Positions 50,001 through 59,000 of a stretch of DNA of 64,000 nt are shown here, piece by piece; the first letter of the stretch is position 1, and every line of letters begins with the position of its first letter. The stretch lies in assembly GCF_036321535.1 (NCBI RefSeq), contig NC_087437.1:6138001-6202000 (forward strand), written 5' to 3'. The position numbers and the translations under genes are program-made. This stretch comes from Camelus dromedarius (Eukaryota). The notes under the pieces are model-generated. The model worked only from the letters and a program-made list of their open reading frames with translations, ran no database searches and was not told the DNA's origin.

Positions 50001-53000
50001 AAAGTTAAACAATGCAAGTGGTTATGAAATCAAGTGGTTACATCTCTGAGAGATGTAACACAGTATAAAATTAACTCTAAGTAAAATCAGATATCCATGT
50101 AAAAGTGTTTTTTTCCCTTTTCTTAGTTTTTGAATCTTATCTCATGGCCTGTCACCGTCTGTTTCTGTCTCCAGCACCACCACCCACTGCCCCCTGCTTC
50201 CTTTCACCTCTCTCTCTCTCTCACACACACACACATACACACGTAAAAGTTAGAAAAGCAAATCTTTAGTGATGACAGTGACACACCAGAAATGATCAAT
50301 GCTGGAAAGAATCAGACCTGAGACTTGGACCACGAGCATCATATAACCATACTTGGCAATGAGTGGCTCATACATACAGGAAATGGTAATTTAAAATGAG
50401 GATCAGTGGGCCATGTGATAAAATAAACTCTAGTTTAAGGTCAATTTGTACTTTATCGACTTTATAATTTGTCTGGATTAACATACCTGGGAAAACAATT
50501 TTACATGGGCCCCTGAAAAAGTAAGGAAATACCCCCACCGCAGGGTGACTAGAAAACAGCATTCGTTTATAGTTAAAAAGGAAACAATGCACTAATTTAA
50601 AAAACCCATGCTCAAATATCCAATTTACCCATCATGGTGAAAGGCCTATGTATGCCCTGTAAGTGATTTTCTCAACACAAACGATGTTCAGAGTATCAAA
50701 ATGTTTCTAAGACTTCAAGGAATTTTACTCCAGATGTGATATATGTTTGGAAAATGCATGGCTATTTGCTCCTACATCAGATGACTTCACTTGCTTGGCT
50801 TCTGGAGTTTTCCATCCTGCTTTTTAGTGGCATTTCCCTCACGGCCATCACTGTCAGGCTACCAGCGACTGATTCGTAAAATGACGGCCTATTAGCTTTT
50901 AGAAATCTGAAATCTGTACCCTTCTATCGCTTGCTCTGTTTGTCTTTTTTAAAAATAAAGACAACAAACACAACTTTAAACCATCATACATTCTAGCCTA
51001 TTTCAACAACATAAACCATCATAACCTTTTTTAATTTAAAAAAAAAAGAGAGAAGTAAGACTAAGTGAAAGCAGAGTCAGAGCTGGAAGGCTTTCCTGGG
51101 ACTACAGCTCCCTCAGTGAGCAAACTTGCTGGCTACTCTAATATTCTCCCCTGCTTTCTAAGTTTCTGATTATATCCTCCTTGGCTGAAGCTATTTGAAA
51201 TCCGACCTACGTAACTGGTATGTTACCGCATTTCCACAGAAAGGGGGAAAATCCCCTTTTCTTGACACTGGACCCCGTGGAGACCCTGAAATGAAGCCCA
51301 CAGGCTGCTTCCCACGCAGGCCTGAACATCAGGGTGAGTCGTGTTTCTCTTTCTGATTTTTAAAAACAGCTGCTCAGCATCACGGTGGAAGATAAGCCGT
51401 TTTCCCGTGACCTCCTCGCCCAGATTAAATTATGCTTCATAAAAAGTCCTGTGTTAATAAGCAGAAGTATTCTCCACTGCTGGAATCTTATATGATTTGC
51501 AAGTTCATCAACTTCAAAAGAACCCAAATCTAGTCCTGATTTTATAAAAGACCTTTTGTTATTTTGCTATTTGCTATTCTGTTAATTCATACACTCAATA
51601 ATTCAGATGTTCCCAAATGAATGCCACAAAAATTTAATTATATGACCACAGAGATCTTCATAATGAACGCGAGTGACATGTTTTCATCGAGTTGTTGCAT
51701 GGAATGCTACTGTAAGACTGAAAATTAGCACCATGAGAAAAGTTTCATTTTACAACAGAACTTTAAAAAATATTATAATTAGGAATGGCACCTAGAGAGA
51801 CAGAGGCAGGAAAATGGGGTCCCTCCTCTGGAAGCAGGTTCCGTCAGCGGCTCAGGTGGCAGTGGGAGACAGGGTTGGGTGTTAAAAATGCCAAATAGAC
51901 CACTCTGGCTTTATTTTATCCTACTCCCCCAACCTTCCCCCAAATCTCTCAGGAGGAAAAAAAATTGTCCCCATTCAACTTACAAAGTCAGAAAAGAAGG
52001 GAGAGACGCAGGCTCTGGGGGTGGCCCTGTGCGAGGTGGGGGAGGGGCGGGCAGGCAAGCAGCAGTGGTCACTTTGGAGATTACAAATGTATCACTGCGA
52101 ACTGAACCAAATCCAGACATCAGAAGTCTGTGCCCGGTTCAAGGGCAGTAGTGCTCTGACACTTGAGGGAGATTTAAGATCTAGAAGCACACTGAAAACT
52201 GGAGTGAGGTTAAGAGATGGTGTTCAACCACCCTGTCTTGCTTCACATGGGCTCAGAGGCTCGGGCATGTCATCTGGACTGCTTTTCTCATCTGAACAAG
52301 TAGCTTGAAATACAGTCTTTGCAGCTCCTTGAGTATGTCACCCAGACTAAGTAGTTCTGCATCTATCTCAGAACATGGCATCTACAATCATGGAATGAAA
52401 ACTATGCCCATATGTTCCGACGATACTAGGACTTCTTTTAAATTTCAAATACTCTCTCATTAGCAGGCTATTTTTTATTCCATAGCTGCTTTATTGATTT
52501 TCCCCTTATTTCTAGGCACATAATATTCATCCTCAATTGTATCATTATCAACTATTTCATATAATTTTGTGCAATTTAAAGACTCACATTTTCAACTCCC
52601 AGTTAAAATTTCTGATCACTGATTTAAATATATCAAGCATCTATGATATACTGAAATTGAAAACTTCAATACTGTCAAAACAGCAGTTCCTGCAAAGTAA
52701 CAACACTGCCACAATGAAACAGATGTGTGTAAACACCCATGTTGTATGAGCTTGTGATTGACAGATGTAAGGCCAGTCAAATCTACCAAGAACCCCAAGG
52801 GACGCACTGCCAGAGCTTGTTCATACTGTTCACCTCATGGAAAACCCTTGTTCCTCTGGTATGTCCAGCAAACCTGTCTTCTTCCCAACCACTAACCACC
52901 CTCAATTTTAACTAGCCTGTCTGGTATCCCCTAGATCTTGGTCAGAGTCCCCACTGTAACACCAGTCATCATCTGTGGTGGTCGCTTCCATGTTTGTCTC

Positions 53001-56000
53001 CTCTCCCAGCTCAGGAGTGCGCCAAGGGCAGGGTGTGTGATTTGTCTGGCTTTGGGTCTGGCACGCTGGCTGCCAGTAATGGGTGTACAGTAGAGATCTG
53101 CAGGTGACCGAAGATAGGTTAGCTCTCTTAAACAACAATAAATTGTCATATATATATAATACATATATAACACATAACACATATAATATAATACATATGT
53201 ATTATACATACATATGTGTACACACATATATATATATGCATATATAAAAACAAATGTCAGGAAGGTACTTGTGAAAGCTCTGGATTAGTAATAAATGAAA
53301 AAATAGGATTACTAATCACTGCCCCTTCCCTCAAAAGGCAAGGCAATCTGATACAGGAAACAGACAAATATTGAAAATCCATTTTTCTTAAAATATTCTA
53401 TGAAAATTCCACTCTTCAACTATATCTTTGAGACAACAAATTGTCCATCAAATCATAAACCAGAAATTAAGCATTACACACGCTAACTACATAAATATAA
53501 AGGAGATCTATAAGTCGATAAATAAGCATGCTATTTGTAAAATGTTTCAAGAGATTTATAACTTTCCACTTTTAAACTCTAATTCTATGCATTATTTTCT
53601 CAAAGTATAGATCCAGTAACACACTTCAATATTACTGACCAACTATTTAATTAAATCTACTTCAGTGCCATCCCTACAAAGTGCCGCCTGCTGACACACG
53701 TCACATAGTGACAGAGGGGCTGCCGGGGTTGTCCACCAGGAGCACCAGGGCAGACAGACGTTCTTCCAGGGGAAGGGTCTCTCCTGCCAACTGACTCATG
53801 GCAGCTTTATCCTCCCATTTCAAATGTATGCCTGTCTTTTCAAAGATAAACATTTACACAGCCTTGGTTGACTGAAGCTTGCAGCTGACTTTGTAAATAA
53901 ACAAATAGGAAAAAAATTTTCCCCAAAGCCTGTCTACAGATAATAAAAAGGGCTTGAAGGGGCTTGTGAAGGAAAAGAACTCACACTGTAACATGTGTGC
54001 TCTGGTCAGTCTGGGTTATGTTAATTTGTGGATATAAATGCAAGCAAACCCGTTAATTATTTAAACAAAAGGTTGTGTATTTCCAGAGCCTGAAGTGATT
54101 AATAATTAGTTCAGACAGGTTATACATTACAGAGAAACGTAGCTACTGACCAGTTCTAGGACCATAAAAATAATAAAGCTACTTCAAGAAGATATATTTA
54201 TCATTCAAATGTGATTTTTTTTCCTTCTCTCAAATGTGGCTCCATTATGGAGGTAAGAAGAAAAAGTAATATTCTGATTCTGGTGTCCAGAAAATACAAA
54301 AGTTACACATTTTGTGCTCTCTGAAATTATCATTTAACTATAAAAGTTGTGGTGCTACTTGGGCAAATGTGAAAACAAGAACTAAGAAAATCTGATGATC
54401 AGTTGGTGGGGCTGAATAGAAATCTATAATCTACAGATAACTGTACGACTGTAGAGCTGACCTTTTATAGATAACTGTACATCTGCTCCCTAAATACTCA
54501 CTTATTGCCACTTTAGAAGTGTACAGAATTTTTAAAATACTTTTCTGAGACAAAGGACAACTTTGTTAGGTGAAAAAATCATTTAAAACTCAAAGGAAAT
54601 GTTAGAAAAGAGAGAAAGAAAAAAACTAGGATTTGCTCCCTCCTATGTGTTAGGTGACTGCGCCGGGGCTCCGCACATTTGTAGGTGTGCGCCCTACAAG
54701 TCTGTGACACAGGAGCTGGTAAAACTCCGGTTTTACAACTGAGCTAACCAGGACTTGGGGAGGTTAATCACTTTACCTAAGGTCACACAGTCAGTAAGTG
54801 GTGGAGCTAACACGTAAACTTTAGTCTGTCTTATTTCTCTCTGTGTGCTTTTCCCAAACTGTTTCCCTAAATCATGTATTTATTCTTAAGAACTTAAAGA
54901 GTTGGTGTCATAAAATTACATAGGTTCTCAACAAAATACAGGCAACACATCCAACTGAGGAAAGCATTATTCTAAGAATCAGCAAAGAAACCCTAATTCT
55001 AGGTCCTCCTTTTTCATCTATTTACTAAGCTATGTCCTGGAAAAATAATTAAAATGGCCAGGCCATAGGAACCTAGGATGAGTGGGTGGAGAAGGAGCAG
55101 GACACGGAACGCAGGCTGGTCTCTCTTTCCTGTAGTAAGTGCTGTGGACTGAACGTGGCCCCCAAATTCATATTTTGAATCCTGGCATCCAGTGTGATAG
55201 TGTTTGGGAGTGCAGCCTTTGGGAGGTGATTAGGTCACCAGGGCTGAGCCCTAATGAATGGGATCAATGCTCTTACGGAAGAGGACTCCAGAGAGCTCGC
55301 GTGCCCCTCAGCCATGGGAGAACACGGTTAAAAGACTCCATCTAGGAACCAGGAAGTGGGCTCCATCATACACCAAATCCGCCAGCATCCTCACCTGGAA
55401 CCTCCCAGCCTCTAGAACTGTGAGAAGTAAATTTCTGTTGTTTATAAGCCACCCCGTCTCTGGTATTTTGTTATAGCAGCTGGAACAAATTAACACAGTA
55501 TAACGTTCAGCAATTAAATTGATTCTATGATTCCATATTCTTAAAAATAACAGATTAACAAATGTATATCATTCTAAAAGTATAACCAGAACCCAGATTT
55601 CTAAATTTTAAATCCAAAATATGCTTTTGCCCTATTATCTCTAATATTCTGAGCCACTGCTTCATTGTTATTTCAAGAGACAGAGGACACTCTTACATGC
55701 AAATGGGGGAAGGAAAAGGTATTACACTAAACATAAATGTAAACGATGTAAAGTTATTTCCCACATTCTCCCAAATTATTCATTACATGTAAATAGGATA
55801 TATAACAGCTTTGTGATAAAACCTGAAGCCTAATTTTTTAAATTTCCTCAATGACTTAAGAAAGTTCAAATTAATGTATTTTTTCTTATTCAGGAAATGA
55901 CAACTTTTAAATTCAAAAAGGTAAACCAACAACATTGATTGACTGATTGATTGCAGGGGGAGGTAATTAGGTTATTTACTAATATTATTATTTTTTCTTT

Positions 56001-59000
56001 AATGGAGATACTGGGGATTGAACCCAGGACCTCATGCATGCTAAGCCTGCATTCTACCACCTGAGCTATACCTTCCCCCCTGAGAATTCTTAAAATCTTT
56101 TTACTAACTTCAACATCCTTTGACTCTGTGGGCTATAGAACATACCGTATTGAAAAAGGGAGGCAACTTTGGGAGCTCTGATCAACATCAAGAAATTTTA
56201 TCACCAGTACTTTGGAGCCAAAGTGGCTTTTTATTTTCTTTCCTTAAAGAGAAAATAAAATATATGAAGGGGAAAGCTCCCCTTACTACTTCAACAAAAG
56301 TTCTTTTGAATTATGTAATTTGGTCTTTCTTTAGAGGAAAAAAACTAAGAAACCAAAAAGTATGAATATAACTTAATTAAAAAAAATAATGTATAGTTTG
56401 TGAGCATTTAGGACTAAAACATTTTCAAGGCTCAAATCACCCCATTATGCCACTTAGAGGATTTCCTAATTCAAACGACACATGTAAGTATTTTACAATC
56501 CTTTTTTGCATCCAACTACCTATGTTTTTAAATTCAACATCAGGGTTTCTGACTAAATTATCACAATTTTGGTTTAAGGGTTAAGACTTTGAACAACCAC
56601 TGGTCATTATTATTTTGAACTGTCTCTTGAAGTCAACATTTAATTTCAAGTACTACTTGAAAATTATCCAGTTGTCAAAAATCCAGAAGACAGTACACTT
56701 TTCCTAATGGCACAGCTTGGAAAATACACTCAGAAATGGTACTGTGTGAAATTAAATTGTAAAAATAATTAGGGTCAGCTAGGTGATTTACCACTGTATA
56801 TACAGAATCTAGAAAATCAGAGTTAAATATACAAATTTATTTAAAAATAATCTACAATGATTTATATTCTACCCTATGCCATTTATACAGTGCTAAGATG
56901 TCTGAAATTTAAGCACTATTGTGAGTTTCCCAGTGAATGCCAATAACTGGTCAGAGTTTTCTCTTACCTATTAAACCAACAGATTTGAACATGAATTTGT
57001 GGCTACATAAACACAACCTAAATCTTATCAAAAATGAGGCAAAAACGAAGTTATTTTCTGTATTGGTAATTATAACATTTTGCTTTAAAAAGCATTACAT
57101 TGACTCAAAAACCATACAGACTTCCAAATGAACTTTTGCAGAATATCATAATTGGATCAATAAAGATATTTAGAAACAGAGGGTAAAAAAGGGAAAGTTT
57201 AAAAATGTTCACCTTCAATTTATTTCATAGGTCACTGTTATCCCATCTAATAAGATAATTAAAAACATGCAAGCAGCTGGTACTACAGCTAAACAGATTA
57301 ATGTAATAGTCTGTAGTCATATGTGCTGGCAAGGGGCTCGCCTCTTTGGAGAGGAGAAGGTCAGCTGCCCTTGGGGAGGGGAGGGGGGAGAGGGAGCAGT
57401 CCCTCCACCAAAGGGCCAGGTGCTGCAGTCCCTAAGTTAAACGTCCACTGCCAGCTGTGCGTCGGCAACTCCTTCTTTCACACTCAGCACCAGTCTCTCA
57501 GTTTTCATGGTTAAATAAGACACAGAGAAAGCTCATTTCATCTAACAGAAAACATTAACATGGGTCTTTAAAATGCACAAGGTAGACTGCATAAACCAGT
57601 AATATCTTCTCAGTTTTTATAATCTTTCCACTTTAATGCAACATCTGCAAATGAGTTGGGAGATAAATAATCAAATTTTAACAAAAACTTCCACAACAAA
57701 ATCTAGGCTATCACCCAGGCATCACGGAATGACCACACTGGTGCCTTAGGAGTTAAATGCAGCTGGGCTCTATCTGAATCAATGAAGCAAAACCACAAAC
57801 CCGAAGTAAAACCTCCTAGACTATGAACAACAAGTCTGTGAGCGTGAGGCACATAAAGCTATAGTTAGGGTCCATCGATTGTAAATTTCAGAATTTGCCA
57901 AAATTCCAAAAACCCTCCTCTGAACTTACACCAGTACTAACACATCTCCCTTCTCTCTCTACTGGGTGTGTGCGTCTGTTACACGGGGAGCCTGGAACAC
58001 AACAGCAGAGGCTGAGAGCTCCAAGCCTCGCGTGGCGCTTGTCTCAGCCCCCTCTCTGCTAACAGACAACAGTTATTTTCCTGTAAGACATTTTGTGTTT
58101 AAGTCTTCCTTTTGGTGTCTCTACTAGCACAGTGTAAAACAAATTCTACGTGTCAGAAGATGAACGGTGATGACGGTGATGATGGCATTGACTGGAAGAC
58201 AAAAGCAGCTCATACTTACTGGGCATTTGCCACATGGCATTATCCCATTAACTCCTTGAAGCAAGTGTGATTTATCGCCCTCACGCTTGAGGTGAGGAAA
58301 CTAAGACTTGTCCAAAGTCTCTGGGGTCAGACATGCACCAACTCACTATGTTTAGATATTATTACCAAACAAAACCAGAAACAACAGAAAGCAGAGACTG
58401 TCCTCTTAAAACTGACATCTGAGACCACAATAATGTAAGCAAATAATGGGAAGAATACAGATTTAGGGGACCAGTTCAAGACTGGATTCAAAAGTTAATA
58501 AAGCCTCGGCCTGTACCAGGGTGCACACAAAGATGGAGGCAAAAAATTGCTGATTTCCATGAGGGGAACACAAAGAACTACCAATAAAAACGCATGGTTT
58601 TGCATTCAGATTTTCAAAAGGCTTCATTTTATACAATTCTATCAGTCTTTACAACAGCTGTGACAAGGAAGCAGGTCGGACACTACGATGTCCACTTTAC
58701 AGATGACAGAGTAAAGCCAGTCACTATCGCAGACACAAGCAGACCAGCCTGAGTGTGTTAGTGCCCGGCCGACAGCCAGAACTGTCTGTGGAGAAAGGTC
58801 AGGATTTCCGAGGCGGTCTAAACAGTACAAACGTAGATCTGTTAGGCTAAAGGATATTTGAGGGTTGGAACATTCATATTTTTCTAATAACCTATTTCTA
58901 GTTGATTTAAAAGAGCTATGATAGTAACAGAACAAATTTTCATTTTCAAAACTGAATTTCACTGACACTTCTTGTGGCCATTTTAGTGTGATTCTGCAAC

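Noticed and set aside
56005..56080. Possible tRNA gene
   Set aside because: A and B boxes are present, but the SINE body and tail follow directly, so it is better explained as a tRNA-derived SINE head.
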